A stretch of DNA of 63,138 nt, filler included, from Choristocarpus tenellus KU-1152 (GCA_964200185.2; 4 parts of 4 records of this genome joined end to end with filler, not necessarily neighbours in it); one strand, 5' to 3'. Positions 49,701-63,138 are shown, counted from the whole stretch's first letter. Notes: generated by a model from the sequence alone, not told the origin. Translations and numbers: made by a program.

Positions 49701-52700
49701 AAGTGGTTCTTGTATTTGTGTTAATGAGTTCGTACTTGTGCCTCAGACTAAAGTGTGGCGAAGATGCTGTTTCTTTCTTTCCTACATGTCCCTTGGAACA
49801 TCCTCTTGTGTGCCTGATCCCCACACTTCACGTTGTAATCATTTGTTCTCGGTTCATCACGGGATTGCACCCTCGAAAAGAACTACACACACTTAGACAA
49901 TCCTGCTGTGACAAATGCTGTCATGAGATTATCCTGTGAAGTACTATTGCATCTCACTTACAACGATCACAATGGGCTACTACCGATTTGCCATGTCCTG
50001 GATGGGGTAGTGCGGGGCGCAATGCTGTGAGTGGGTAACAGTGGAGGAACGGTGGGGGACTGCGCTAAGGGAGAAACAAGAGTGAAAGCTCCACCAGTTA
50101 ATACCCACTATTCAGCAGACTTAGAAGGAAACGAACATACGGAGGGTTATATGCCTGGGTACACCCGCGGGAGCTGAGCTAGGAGAAAGATATGAAGACA
50201 ATATCCGCCACTTACCAGCGACAGTATACATGCCACACCAGGAGGAAAGGCACAGGTTGGGACTGTGCTTAGGTGTGAAGGGTGAACTGTGCCCTACAAT
50301 GGGTGGTCTGAGCCTATCTTTGACCTCCAATGCCGTTCATAACAGCCCTAACGATGTGTACATTCGCTGAAATGATATCCTCCTACAGGACGAATTAGAG
50401 TGCGGGGTGGTCAATATCAAGTTCCTCGTAGGTGTTCTCCGACATTTCAATGCCAGCACCTGGTCAGTTCAACCTTGCCAGCATGTCAAAACAGTGAGGT
50501 CTTTTATATCGTAGTAGATACAATTGACAGGCAAACACGAGTTGTTATGACATATTGACGTCTACATTACGACTCAATCCCTCCTTTCCTCTGCACCTCA
50601 TTTTTAGCGAGTATGAACATAACGTCACAATTCTTCTAAAAATTGATTTTTGATATTCAGTAGCACACACTCTCCGAAACGATACTACTTAGTAGTGTTC
50701 TGAACAGCGGTAAAGTGTCGCCAGCAAGGTGTTGTAAACTAATAATTAAGGCATCACAGGCCAGTGTCCTTCCACAGAGCACAAAAATAAGTCACATTCT
50801 GGTCCAACCATCCTCTCAACAAGGTTCAACAAAAACTGTGGGACTACAGGTAAAAGTTAGGGTTACAATTGAAGATATGTCAGGGAATCTGACGACATTT
50901 TCAAATATCCACTGCTTCACATCAAGCGTTAACAACCAATTTCTTAAATCACACTTTCAACAGTTTTATATCCCACAGCATAATTATACTTAACGGACGT
51001 TTTAATGTTCCAATATACTATTCCATACAAATATTATCCACAACCTGGTAAAATAGGGAGAGATGTTAGCGAGGGGATACATGAAAGAAGATGCAGGTGG
51101 AGTCAGGTAGACCCAAAGTTGCCTAGAAGTGATGAAGGTCCAATACCATGCTGCTTTGTTGAGGAAAAACGAAAGGTTGAAGGGTTTTTTTACTTTCCTA
51201 AGTTCCCGACCACCTTCCTGCTCAAGTACATATGTGAAACAACTCTATTCGCATTTGAAGTACTTCTACAGCACAGTGCCTGTATCATGTGTTACTGCAA
51301 TAGCCTAACTGTAGGTATTGGAGGAGTAACTTGAATTGGACAATGTGACAGTTGAAGTGGTACATGGCACCCCTGGGGATTATTGATGGAATTGAGCCAG
51401 ATTGCAGATTGCTGCAAAGGCCTTACGGATAGTTTCTTATTCAAGGAGAAAGACAGGAGGAGTAAATAGACTGAAAGAGACTAGAACTAGTCCTGGTGCC
51501 TAGAGTCCTTTTTGCTAGTGTCAATTACTCATACAGCCAACACGCTCATAGGTATCAAAACCAGCATTGTTTGTTGAGAAGACACACCAAAAGATTACTT
51601 TTTGAACCAAAATAAAAACAACAAGCAAGAAAAAAATCTTCCACCATGTAGTATGCTAGGTTAGCTTCCTTCTCAATAGCGTTTGATGCATTCCATTTTG
51701 CTTTCACTTTTCCACGAGAGATGCCGTATTGGCCCCTATCATGACGAAACTATTTTTTAATCTCATCCTGCAAATAGTTGCACTTCAAAAACAGTACATA
51801 CCCTTGTATCTTGCGATGTTGCCCTTGAATCCTTCTGACCCACAACCCTCTCTCCCTATCACACCACAAGCCAAACAAACGTATCTTCCCACCCCCACCC
51901 CCACACTCACACTCACACTCACACAAATCCATGTGATCTCATGTGTGTGCTCACCTGTGCTTGAGAGCCAAGTCTTCGGGCACAGCCTCTATGATCATGT
52001 CCGCCTGAGCAAAGTGCCTCTCCCACAGAGAGTCCTCATCCGTGAGCGGTACAAGGTGTGAACCAATGATATCCACCTGCAAAAAAACAAAATAAATATA
52101 TCCTGAATAAGCATCTTCTGTAGCTAAAAAGTGCACATATATCATATATGTGCACACTTTTATGTGGGCAGACAACAACAAGGATCACATGCAAGGGTGA
52201 CTCATCTCGTTCTGTCTGGTCTGGGTAAGAAGAAGTGGAGAGAGAGAGAGAGAGAGCTCTGGGTCTTGGGAAATGGTTAGGTCACAAATCCCATATATGC
52301 TCTACATTAATGCATGCTTCTCTCAGTCCGGACACTGCATCCAGGCTGGGCATAGTGAACCAAGGGTCATGGGCAGGTGCTAACAGGCCCCATCACCCCA
52401 TACATTTGATTAGCCTCAAAATATGTACCCACAGGAGTGACATTGAGGGGCTCCTCAATCTTTTCGAGAGCAACCAAGAGGTTCATTCACGGGAGAAGCC
52501 GTAGGTAATATTCATATACACATAGGTATTAATAAATATAAATACATACACATGGGTATTAATAAATATACATATATATTATGTATATATATCACATCTA
52601 TTGCTCTCACCTCGTGTTTGGTCATTCGCTTCTTCTTCATCTTCTTGGAGACATTGTCCATCACATATGAGACGCCCTTGCTGACAGAGGCAGTGTCCCT

Positions 52701-55048
52701 TGGGAAATATTTTGAGAAATTGAGGTGGAAGATCCATGTGTGAAACCATAGTACGGATTGCAACAACCATGCTTGTCCTCATGTCCTTTGAGGAGGGAAC
52801 AAAAAGGATCGTGTGCAGCCAGATCCCTACCCCGTACTCCCTTAGCAAACCCACTTGACAGCAATAAAACATCTCCACGCCCCCGTCCCCCCCTCCTTAC
52901 TGACCTATGAAGCAATTTAACGTTAAAATAGCCTTAAATCACACTACAGTTGTACAGCGCTCCACATTCCTCAATATGATACTCTGTATTCATGCGACTG
53001 AAGGAATGATGCCTGGTTGGATCCATTTCTATCATAACACAAGTTATGATATACACTATTTTGTGTGATCTCCCACCCACCCACCCACCCACCCACCCAC
53101 CCACCCACCTACATGAATGCTCCCTTACATATCCTCAAGTCGTTCATTCCATTATCCTGTGGCACCTCACCTGTCCTTGAGTAGAACAGTAATACCCTTC
53201 TCCGCTGATACCTGGGCAATCCCAGCCCCCATCAGGCCAGCCCCCAGCACTGCAATCTTCTCCACCTATTCTTACGAGATACTTGGACCAATTAGATGGC
53301 GATAAACTATCGAAGCAAGCACTTCCGAGCATGTTGTGTAATACTTTGTTCATTCCTCTCTCTCTCTCTATATATATATATATGCATGTATAAATAATTT
53401 TGGGGGTGAAAGCACACAGCGAATAACCCACAAAACTTAGGAGGGGGGGTAAGTGACACAGCAAGAGAGAGAGGGGGGGAGGAAGGTCACACCATTTTAA
53501 TAGTCGAGCCCTGAGACCTGTGCTGAAGAGGGAGAAATAGAGAGAAGTTGAAACAAGTATTTTTTCCATCACCTGCATTCAAAAGGAAAAAAATATATGT
53601 GCCTGTCGACCATCAACATTTGAAATGGGGCCTTTTTTCAGGTAAAGTGTTGGCTCATTCAGAAATTTCTCGGCTTTCCATCAACCTTGGAAATCAAAAG
53701 AGCCGGTGAAGCAATATATGACGTGTGTACGTTTACTCCCAGTGGTGCAAAAAATTCCGCACACACTGTGAGCAGTTTTAACAGTTTCTAACTGAAGCCA
53801 ATCAGTACCAGTGACTGAACCAAAACCCTAACCCTTTGAAAACTGCACAATTAACACCTAAGGCACTGATGCCCCCCCTAGAAGATACAAGTCAGGACCA
53901 CACTGGTGCTAGAAGCAGCTTTGACGATGGGGGAAGGGCTCGGAAACATTCTCCCTACATAGAAATTTCTTGGGGGTTTTCCCATGCGGCAGACACAAAC
54001 GCCTTCCCACAGTGGTAGTCATAATGTACCCCAACTTGACTTCTTCAAAACTCGTTGTTTATAAATTTCTAAAAATCCTTGTAAAAACAGACTTGAAGAA
54101 ACGACCACAAGACATCTCTATTTCTAAACCTCTTCATGTTTTCTGGGCTTTCCTAAATTCGATACGCCTTTTATTTAGTATATATATATATTTATTTATT
54201 TATTTAAAAAATTTTTCTTTTTTTTTTTTTTGTTCTAGGATATTTTATAAAAAAAAAAAAAAACATAATGATGTAATATCGGGGTGAACATGGACACTTC
54301 CTCAGAACCAACCGCGTAAACTCTCAAAAGAGCCAACGGTGTGTTCCCCATCCCAATTCTCCACATACTAACTCAATCGCTGTTGCATGCAGGCGAGAAT
54401 GACCCTGCCTGGTACAACCACCGCTAACGGACATCAGAGCGCACCGATTTGAAACACTTCTGGACCCAAATCAATCAAACTTTTGTTTCCTCACCTTGCG
54501 TTCGGGGGTACCGAATCGATTCTTCTTGAGGGCCGTAGACCCCTGGAAGATCCCGATCAGGCTCTCAGACTCTGGCGTGGCCGCCATCTCCGAGAATCGT
54601 TGCGCTTCGTGCTCCAAGGCTGCCTGGGCGAGGGGAAAAATATTGCCAGGAAGAGTCGATGAGAGGCAGAATTGGGGAGAAAATCGCTGCTTGTAATGTG
54701 TGTTCGGAAGCTGGAGTGGTACTATGTTGTTCATTGACTGCATAGTTCAAAGCACTGCACAATTTTCGCTAATTTTATGTACAGTGTAGATAGAGGATGT
54801 TGGGACACAGGAGTCTGCCCCAGCCTTGTCATTGGTCATCATGGAATATGGACAATACGAGGGGCGTCTTGATTTATCAAAATTGCCCATCCCTCTGCCT
54901 TCCAAGCAGTCACTCACACTATTTCCAAAAATGGTTTGTAGGATGCCCCCACCTGCTTGGAAGAGGTCAGTCCGAATTGAACACAGTCGATGATCGCCTC
55001 TGGACTAGGGTAGTTGCCCCCCGTGGTCTTTGCCACTTGCTCCTTCAC
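46760..55048 (-). CDS. HADHA: Trifunctional fatty-acid beta-oxidation enzyme alpha subunit (enoyl-CoA hydratase / 3-hydroxyacyl-CoA dehydrogenase), internal portion
   Basis: Nine phase-consistent GT-AG exons: 55048-54953, 54623-54495, 53265-53171, 52698-52611, 52076-51955, 48651-48492, 48203-48088, 47279-47156, 46858-46760. Motifs [73 protein letters not shown]. Confidence 0.95.
53072..53109. repeat. (CCCA)n microsatellite in an intron
   Basis: Direct reading of the sequence. Confidence 0.9.
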
Positions 55049-55264
55049 CTGACCTCAAAAAAAAAGAGTTAGAGGTTAATAACACATACGAAGGAGATGG
55101 GGCGGGGGGCAGGGGGGGGGGGCATAGGGAATTTTTTCAAAACAGAAATACAGCACAGGAGGAAAAGAACCACCTGACATGTGTGTCCTATGGTGCTTAT
55201 GGATCCACTGAAGTGAACCCACACCACAAATATGACGCATATGTCAAGCATTTCCGGTTCCTCA

Positions 55265-55282
55265 GGGTCAAAGTATCTGGGG
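55265..55282. mobile_element. Terminus of a fourth MITE family A copy, cut by the contig end
   Basis: GGGTCAAAGTATCTGGGG matches the family A TIR and abuts the gap. Confidence 0.7.
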
Positions 55283-55381
55283 NNNNNNNNNNNNNNNNNN
55301 NNNNNNNNNNNNNNNNNNNNNNNNNNTTAATTAATTAANNNNNNNNNNNNNNNNNNNNNNNNNNNNNNNNNNNNNNNNNNN
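55283..55381. other. Artificial contig spacer
   Basis: N-TTAATTAATTAA-N linker. Confidence 0.97.
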
Positions 55382-56385
55382 NTCCCTCAATTTTGCGAAT
55401 CCCCTGTTATATAGGCTAGGTTCAATACACCTATCTTGGGAACAAACAAATTGCAGTGTAATTTCGTATGTCCAATAAAGCAACGAAGCGGCATTATGCA
55501 TAATACCCTCTTCAATGTCGGACTTTGATGGTGCTTGCATGTCTCAACCCGTAACGGATATCCGTGACTAGCCCAAGTCCACCCATTCAATCTTGCCATG
55601 TTCTTTAAATCCTTAGTATCCACACTCCAACAACAATAATTGGACGCGACTTAGCCTACTCCAGCAGCTGTCTTGTCGAAGTCGAAGAGGATATTCCGAT
55701 AAACGTTCTTTGTTGAGGAAATAGTGTATTATGTGGTTGTATGAACGTATCCAAAGAAAGAGGCAAAAAGTCTTTGATTCTTTTCGACTACGAACACTTT
55801 TGAATAGAACGCCCGCTCGTATTATTCTGACTTTGTGGTAGATAGGTGCAAGTTCCATTATTTTTCATTCAATGATGCTATCACTATATCATCTTTGAGG
55901 AGGTTGACCAATTCCACCATTACTCTTTGTTTAATGATTGTTAAAGACAACATTACATAATACCACAACCTATACACCTACGTAACCAAAATATTGTTGA
56001 ACTCCTGAACGTTTCACCTGGAGTTTAACTTCTTCTGTGGACAAATTCTTACTGACTATTTGTACAGGAGTGGGTATATCCATTAAGAATAGAAATATTA
56101 ATTTCAAAATGTTGCGAGCAGGAAGCCAAGAAGACAACAAAACCGTTCACTGGATAGCCCAATTTGCTAGCAAATAGTACAGTATTATTAGTAGTGAAAT
56201 GTGAGACCATCTCGGTGATCATTAGGAGTTGTATTTCTAACATCTGTACATTCCCGTTAGGACGTCATATATCTTATCAAAACGCCTTGTCCAGTTTTGA
56301 ATACACACATCCTTTGGTCAAAGTGTTCCCAGTCACTGTATCGTCGCCAGTACCAAGGCTTCAATTAGCCTTCCTTAGTTGGTGG

Positions 56386-59300
56386 ATGACAATGTACTCG
56401 TTGTGTCGAGGATTCGTCATGTGGGCCATAGTGAATGCGTTGCTTGTTGCGACCCGTCGAGTGTGTGACGAAGTAGGTTTCGATACATTTGGGCTCGCAG
56501 GGGACCAAATCACGATTTTGCTACGACAAGGGAGCCTGCAGAGATCACCAAGGTCCTCTTTGGATACAATGTCGGGAGATCCTTGGAGGAGACCCCTTAT
56601 TGTACCCTTGGCGATTGAGGGTTTGGCGGTAAAACCTACTCCGGGACAGGCTACCACCCCTAAAGCTGACCAGGACACAGAGAGCAGCACAGGAGATCTT
56701 CGAAATGGAGAAATTGGCAGGAACCACGGAAGGTGGCTGCGTGAACAGAGGGGGAATAATGAGACTGGGGTTGCAACTGGTAGGGGGGAGGGGTTGCTCG
56801 AGTCTGTAGTACAGGAATCCATCCCCTCTGATGGACCTGAATCCCCCAATTCTTCAGGAGACGGATTCGGCAAGAACACCATTCTTGCCTTCTCTATATC
56901 ATTTGGTCTGCTGTTCACCATTATGGAGGGTGAGCTTTACCTCAGTTGCATGCCCTTTTCCCTATCCTATCCTTCATGTTGACGCTGGAGTTGTCCTGTG
57001 CCGATCCCATTTGACACACTTGCTATTTACTCTGAAATACACGTTACGTCCCCACTATCCCTGAGCTTTTTCATTTTCTACTTACTTTGACGCACAGAGT
57101 TTCTGGTAAGGTCGACAAAACCCCTTGGTACATGGGCTGATCTTTTCACCTGAGTGGGCTGACTGTTTCATGGTTCAATTCATTCGATCTACACAGATTA
57201 GCTACACATCGAGCGAGAGAAAAATCGCCCCCAAATGCATGTAGTTACAATTTTTGAGCACCAAATGTTCGTATGCCGTAAGTGACGGCCTTTACGTCTC
57301 AAGCAAATTTTGAAAACAGTAAAAACGCTTTACCCTGATGACTCTTTGTGTAGCTTGTGGTTACATAGGAAAACACCTACACACATGCCTAGTACTTCTG
57401 AGTGCTAATATATATGTTAGCAGCAGAGGACCACAATATTCCTTCTAACCCCCTCCCCCATCACCTCTTACATTCCTGCATTTGTTTTTGCTCTGTGTAC
57501 CCGACCAGCGGCAAAGTGCTACTGTTTGATGGAATGCCGTAGGAGAGAGCATCTCCAACGGGCGGGGGAGAACAGTAACACTGAAGAGGACTCTCAGGCA
57601 AGATATCCCATTGTATCCTTTTGTTTTCAAAGTCTTGTAAACATCCTTGCCTGCATCTGTTTTAAAAAAACGAAAATATAGTAAGCACAAATAAATATGA
57701 ATGCTTACTCGGTTCTGGAATAAAAAGTTACTCTATATTTTCCCTTTCTTCTCCACATGCTTTGTTCACAGTCACTGCCATAATCCATCGACTGTAGTTC
57801 CTCACCTAATACAGCACGAGGCAATCTCACCAGGTTGTTCTCACTCAAGTCACTTAGGTGATCTCTTCGTTCATATCCCAAAACATTCTTTCCTCCTACC
57901 CCTATCCGTCCCTGCCTCTCTGTTCATCCGACACTTATCCTTTTCCCTCTCTTCAGGTTGCAGATATGCCTATTGCTGACAGCCGGCTCGCCGCTTTTTC
58001 AAACCTATCTGTCGATGTGGATTCCAAGACCAATTGGGTGGATATTATAGTGGATGGAATGGAACCAGGGTGTGTATGTGTGTGTGTGTGTGTTTAAGTG
58101 TGTTTAAGTGTGTTTCATGCATCCACTTCTGCCTCACCACTGACATCCAGTTCCCTACATTTTTTGTGTGTTCTATCCTGCCACGCCCTGTAATGGTGAA
58201 ACAAGTATCTTATGGTTAGGTTTTTCTTTTTCCTCCTGTACCAATTTAAAGTTGCTTGATAGCACAACTCACAGCTTCAAGGTTTCTGTTATCAGTCACA
58301 ACTTTGCATCGTATGTTTGGTTACTCTTTTTTCTTCACATGAATTCAAGTACAGATCCCTCTGTCCCCAACCTCTACGCCACCTTGGTCACGACCCCTTC
58401 CGTGCACAGATTTGTAACCCCAAGGGATGATGTTGTACCATCTGCTCCAGGCTATGTTATGGCGGACACAGCACATGCCGTTCAAAATCAGGTCAGTTGG
58501 GTGAGTTGACTATTTTTTAGAGCAAGATTGGGCAGATGGTGATGAGAGTGAATACCAAAGTCTGGTAAGGGCTGAAATGGTGGCTTCCCAGTTGTAGTCA
58601 GGTCTTGTAGTAGTTACTGCCAGGAGTATGATCAGTTGTGTATGTATGTGCACGCATATGTATGTGCACACATATCTTCCAGGCATGTGTTGGTAGTTGG
58701 ACATCCATATGTTCCCCATTGATCCTGCCTATTTCCTCCGAAGCAAGTGTATGCTGATGTGCTCTGATAGAAATCTCTCTTGCCTTGGCACCACTTCCCC
58801 TCTCCCTTACTGTCATACTGTGATTCATCAATAGGCTGTTGAGGCAATACCTGCCCCTGGACCATTGCGCCAATCCTCTTTGCCGAATATAAGAACTGGC
58901 ATCATCCCTGTCCCTTTACCTGAGGCTGGCGATGGGTCTTGGCTTTCCGGTGTGAGTAGGTCTACTCAATCTGCTCCATCAACAGAACGACATCAACGGA
59001 CTCTGTTCCGGGTCAGGGATGCAGTTGTGGGCCGGAGCAGAGAGAGCTCAAGGCTCAGTGCCCCTGCTACAGAGGGTCGAGAGCGTGGATCAATGCATCT
59101 TGTCAGCAGTTGGGGGAGGGGAGTGGGAGGACGAAGCAGGGAAATTTCTAGCAGTTCTGGAACCAGCTTGTGGCAAATGCCCTCCATACTCCGCACTTCA
59201 GGTTTATCTGTGAATGGTGGCAGCAGAGGCGGCTCTGTGGTCAGCGGTAGCAGAAGTGGCTCTGTAAATGGTGGCACAAGGGGAGTCTCTCCCAACCCAT

Positions 59301-60508
59301 TGGGACATTCTTGGCGGCCTTCTATCCTCCGTTGGAGGAGAGAGACTGCTGAGGCTGAGGGTGAAAATGCTGAGAGCAGCAGGGAGTCATCAAACCCTGC
59401 TGTAGCGACAGAGAGATGGTGGCACCGGGGTTTGGGGGGGGACAGGAGGGAGCAGGCGAGCACCACAAGGTATGAGGAGGATGGGGTGGTTACAGCAGAG
59501 GATGTGGAGCTTGGGTTGGAAGCAGCGATGGTAGCAGAGGTTGCCATGACTCCAGAGGCAAGGGAAGCTAGTTTTGTTTTGTGAGCAATAAAGATACCCA
59601 TCACGATGTTGTATGTTTTTGGTCATAGACATGTTCTTGGTGTGAGCATTGTGTGAAGGGGTGCATGCATGTGCAAGTTTCTCTGTTGGGAAGCACTCGG
59701 CATGGTTAATGGTGTAACGCCTACCTCAATGTGTCCCTCTTTGGCTATGGGCACGGATTGTACATTCTGTGGCTTCATGGTTTCAGAATGTGGCGGGTTT
59801 GCCCATCCCTTTTTGGAGGTGATGTCAGATAGAAAGTATGTGTTTTTATATATGTAGTGCACACTGTAGTGGTGGACACTTTGTTTGTTGATAAGATCCC
59901 TAAAGAGGTGGTTAGTGTACATGATTCGTTCCAGACTTCAGGTCGTGTGTATGTGAACATCCCAGCAGATAAGGTAGCCTTTTTCCAGTAAGTTTTGTTA
60001 AGATTGTTGTACTGATACAGCTCCAGTGCACATTGGCTTTATCCGTCTACTCTTGGGTTGTGTGTATGTGAACATCCCCCAAGCATGTGAGGTAGCCGTT
60101 TTCCAGTAAGCTTTGTTTAGATTGTTGTACTGATATAGCTCCAGTGCGCATTGGCTTTATCCATCTACTGTTTGGGCAAATATTCTAGATTTTCATCCCG
60201 AAAAGGAAGTAGCTTCCAATATATGTATGTATAGATGATACACCACCTCATAGCCCTTAAGTATGAGGAATTGTGGAGTGTGAAGAGTAACGCACACTCA
60301 ATCCACCGTAATTTTTGTTTGTTGTACTCTGGAGTACATACATTCTTTTTTTTTTCTTTCAAGTGCATTATTGAGCTTTTTTACATGTCATGATCTGTTT
60401 CTTGTCCTAATTTAGTCACAAGACTTTTTAATCGGTGGAGTAGCTATCATTGCTTTCTGTGCAGAGGGGAAGCAAGCCAGGCCAGAGTACGGGGACGTAT
60501 GTATCACT
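56386..60508 (+). CDS. Multi-exon hypothetical membrane protein (signal-like N-terminus, one TM segment, Ser/Gly/Arg-rich disordered tail); 3' end unresolved
   Basis: Phase-consistent exons 56386-56929, 57098-57105, 57957-58069, 58350-58491, 58835-~59557, possibly 60465-60508; TM-like ILAFSISFGLLFTIM. Confidence 0.6.
59945..60176 (+). repeat. Tandem duplication, 2 x ~116 bp
   Basis: GTGTGTATGTGAACATCCC...AGATTGTTGTACTGATA.AGCTCCAGTGC.CATTGGCTTTATCC.TCTACT occurs twice. Confidence 0.92.
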
Positions 60509-63138
60509 GTGAGTGCTAAGTGCAAAAAATAAATAATTTTTTTATCCCCAAGCACACAAAAGAAAATAAATAACCATTATTACTCCGTAAAATAATACAT
60601 TCTCATGGCAGTGTGTATGTATATATATATATATATTATATATATATATATATCGTTATATGCTGACTGCTATCAGAGAGGACCAAGAGATACAGGTGCC
60701 AAGCAGTGGTACCACTGATGCCAGTGCACGACAAAGAGCTGCACAGATCTCAGTCCTATTTTTTATTTCACATTTTGCTGCTGTTGTGATCCTGAATTGC
60801 ACTCAAACGATGAATGAAGACAGGTTCTATCGCTGGACCTTGGACCTGTTTAGATTAGGTAGGTTCACCCAATGGCTTGACACCTTTGACATGCCTTCCT
60901 GCTCTGTATCAAGTATCCCAGTTTTTTTTTCTTACTGTATCCGATATTTTTCCCTTCTCTTTTCTCCCACATTTCTTTTTTTAATTTACTTTAGCTTCTC
61001 ACTTCCTCTCTGGTTAGTTTGTTGGTTTGAAAAGATCTACCTCATGTGCAAAACAAAATAATGCAGTAGTGTGCTGAAGGTGTTGCATGGTATGATACTT
61101 TGGTTGTTTCTGAGGGCAAAAGTGATTCACAATGTTACAAAGAAGTACAAGGGGCACTGTCAACTTGAATTTAGAATATGCCATCATAGATTTGTGGAAC
61201 TTCAATATTGCATGTTCAACTGAATCCTTCATAAAAATTTAATACCCCTGAGTTCATAGATGACAAAAGATCTCTGGATGCCTGCAGCTCCTCTTCTCTC
61301 CAACAAGTCAATGAACCAGCATGGTGGCAACTAGGACTTTCACAGAAATGTACACAAGCCTACAAAAAACATGTTGATCCAACTGAGGACCTCTGAAGTA
61401 GGTCCTGGCCTGAGAGGGTGTGCTTCTCACTAGATACATAAAATTGTTTAGTTGGTCCTGTGTGAGGGACGTATAAAGGGCTGCGCTTTCACTGGCAGTG
61501 TGTGGCTAAAGGAAATTAACAGCAATTGATGGTTTCAACCTAGTCTAATGTCACCCTGCCCTGGGTTTAAATATTTTTATAGCATTTCTGCAGTTTGTAG
61601 TTGAAGCGCCCACGCAACATTTAATGATCCTGCTACACCAGCAATCAGTACTTGAAATCAGTTTCCAAAACATGCAAAGGAAATATTACACACACACGTA
61701 AACACACCCCACTCTACCAATAAAGCAAAGTCTACCGAACATTGCTGCAATTGGGCACACTATTAGTCTCTCTCTCTCTCTATATATATATATATACGTA
61801 ATTGGAGATGGTATAATAATCATTTGACATGGCATAGGGAACCTCTAGAATATGCACAGAATACCCAAAAAAAACAAACAAGCAGAACGTTGCATTGTGA
61901 TTCATTGTCCATGCAAGTGGAGTGTAAGTCCTTGTCCCCACAAAACAACCTGGAACATAAGCCTGGCTGGCGAATTGCTATTGCACAGGTTCTACAAGTC
62001 TCCACGTGCACAATATTTTGAGTTCATACGTATTCTCGCCTATACACTCCAAAAACCACCTCAAAACACCACCATAGTCCCATCCCACAGGTTCAACACA
62101 CCTAAAACTAGGAAGAAAACTCTCACAGGACCATCCTAAGGGATACAGTTCCCGTAAAGTTTCTGACTTGGTTTCCATTTACACAGAAGAGTTGATGCCC
62201 ACGGTAGGCTATATATATTTTCTATGTATTTTATAGCCTGGACTGGATAAAGACATAAAACCTGCCCTATCTACCCTTCAACTTGAAAGCAAGTACTCTT
62301 TCACAATAAAGTAATGATGCCTTGCACAATAATTAGAAGCAATTTCCTTCCCGATCCAACCTTAGATTGGTTAGGGACAGGCTGAAGATCTATTCCTCGG
62401 CTGCGTGTGTTTCTGTACTAAAGGAGCATTCACTCTTATTACACACTCCACAGTTTCTCCAAAGTCACAAGGTAAGGGCTTCTAAGAACTTGCTACTTCA
62501 GCCAGACCAGTCGTCCTTTCAAAGCAGAAAGGTTCCTCTTCTTAAAAATTAAAAGTTTTTTTTTCCATGGCGAATGGGTGAAAACATCCAAACTGCCCAC
62601 CAGGCTCATAGTTTATTCTAAATTCACTCAGGCTTCAGGGCATTTCTCTAGGACACAATACTTGTGATTGAGCACTTGGATTGGATAACATCGACAGCTC
62701 TCCTTACGGAGCAAAGGTCCTGAGACAACATAAGAAAGGAGAAACAACACCTGGTCAACACATCAATACAGTCAAAAGCACAGCAAACAAAATTCCAGCC
62801 ATCGAAGGAATGCACAAGATACATCTGCAACCATTCCCATACTGAGATACAAACATAACACAAAAAAGCACTAAATGGCTTAACCCTTCTTATAATAATG
62901 ACACGTAATACATACAATAGCCAGCAAGGTACACAATGGAAGCCAAGGCAATGGCTTCTCTCAAATATATAAAAACAACCAAGACACCTCACGAGTATAT
63001 ACCCCCCCCCCGTCTCTTGAAAGGCTCATGTCCAGAACTTTCCACGCTTCTTGGAAGCTCCCCCCCCCCCCACTCTGCGTGAAGCCCCCCCGGAGATTAA
63101 AGGCTTGGACAAGCGTTGCCCAATCTTCACTTCACGAC

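Noticed and set aside
49780-49830. ERKKQHLRH as a GIY-YIG / Penelope echo
   Set aside because: No GIY or YIG motif and no RT nearby.
58993-59604. 203-aa and 186-aa (56361-56921) minus-strand ORFs
   Set aside because: Antisense shadows of plus-strand exons that have proper splice sites.
60465-60508. EGKQARPEYGDVCIT as the start of a RING finger
   Set aside because: Frame depends on an unresolved upstream donor, and no following Cys/His exon was found.

Overview
Eukaryotic, intron-rich, AT-leaning genomic DNA. The transposon families and gene style suggest a stramenopile, probably of the brown-algal lineage (inference). The window is four contigs joined by artificial N-TTAATTAATTAA-N spacers (27681-27780, 45820-45919, 55283-55381), so adjacency across those gaps is not biological. 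Host genes: (1) a large multi-exon, apparently damaged HEAT-repeat gene with an Scc2/NIPBL-like HEAT pair (1090-15549, +); (2) a 7-exon gene ending in a ZZ-type zinc finger (17928-21920, +); (3) the 5' part of an amino-acid transporter (44238-45735, +); (4) nine exons of a trifunctional beta-oxidation enzyme alpha subunit, HADHA/FadJ-like (46760-55048, -); (5) a membrane protein gene with an 8-nt microexon (from 56386, +). Mobile DNA: a degenerate two-LTR chromodomain Ty3/Gypsy element (34371-41375, -) and a related solo LTR (601-953); CRE-like RLE non-LTR retrotransposon fragments on both sides of the Gypsy, with the whole block bracketed by a degenerate ~250-300 bp inverted repeat; a TIR-intact Tc1 deletion derivative with D36E spacing; a second IS630/Tc1/mariner-type transposase relic; Copia relics; and at least four MITE families. 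I saw no prokaryotic genes, CRISPR arrays, rRNA or tRNA genes. No wholly new system is proven. The best leads are the inverted-repeat-bracketed RLE-retrotransposon block, the D36E Tc1, the divergent cohesin-loader-like HEAT gene and a CpG-island-like pattern. All exon and motif calls were made by eye.
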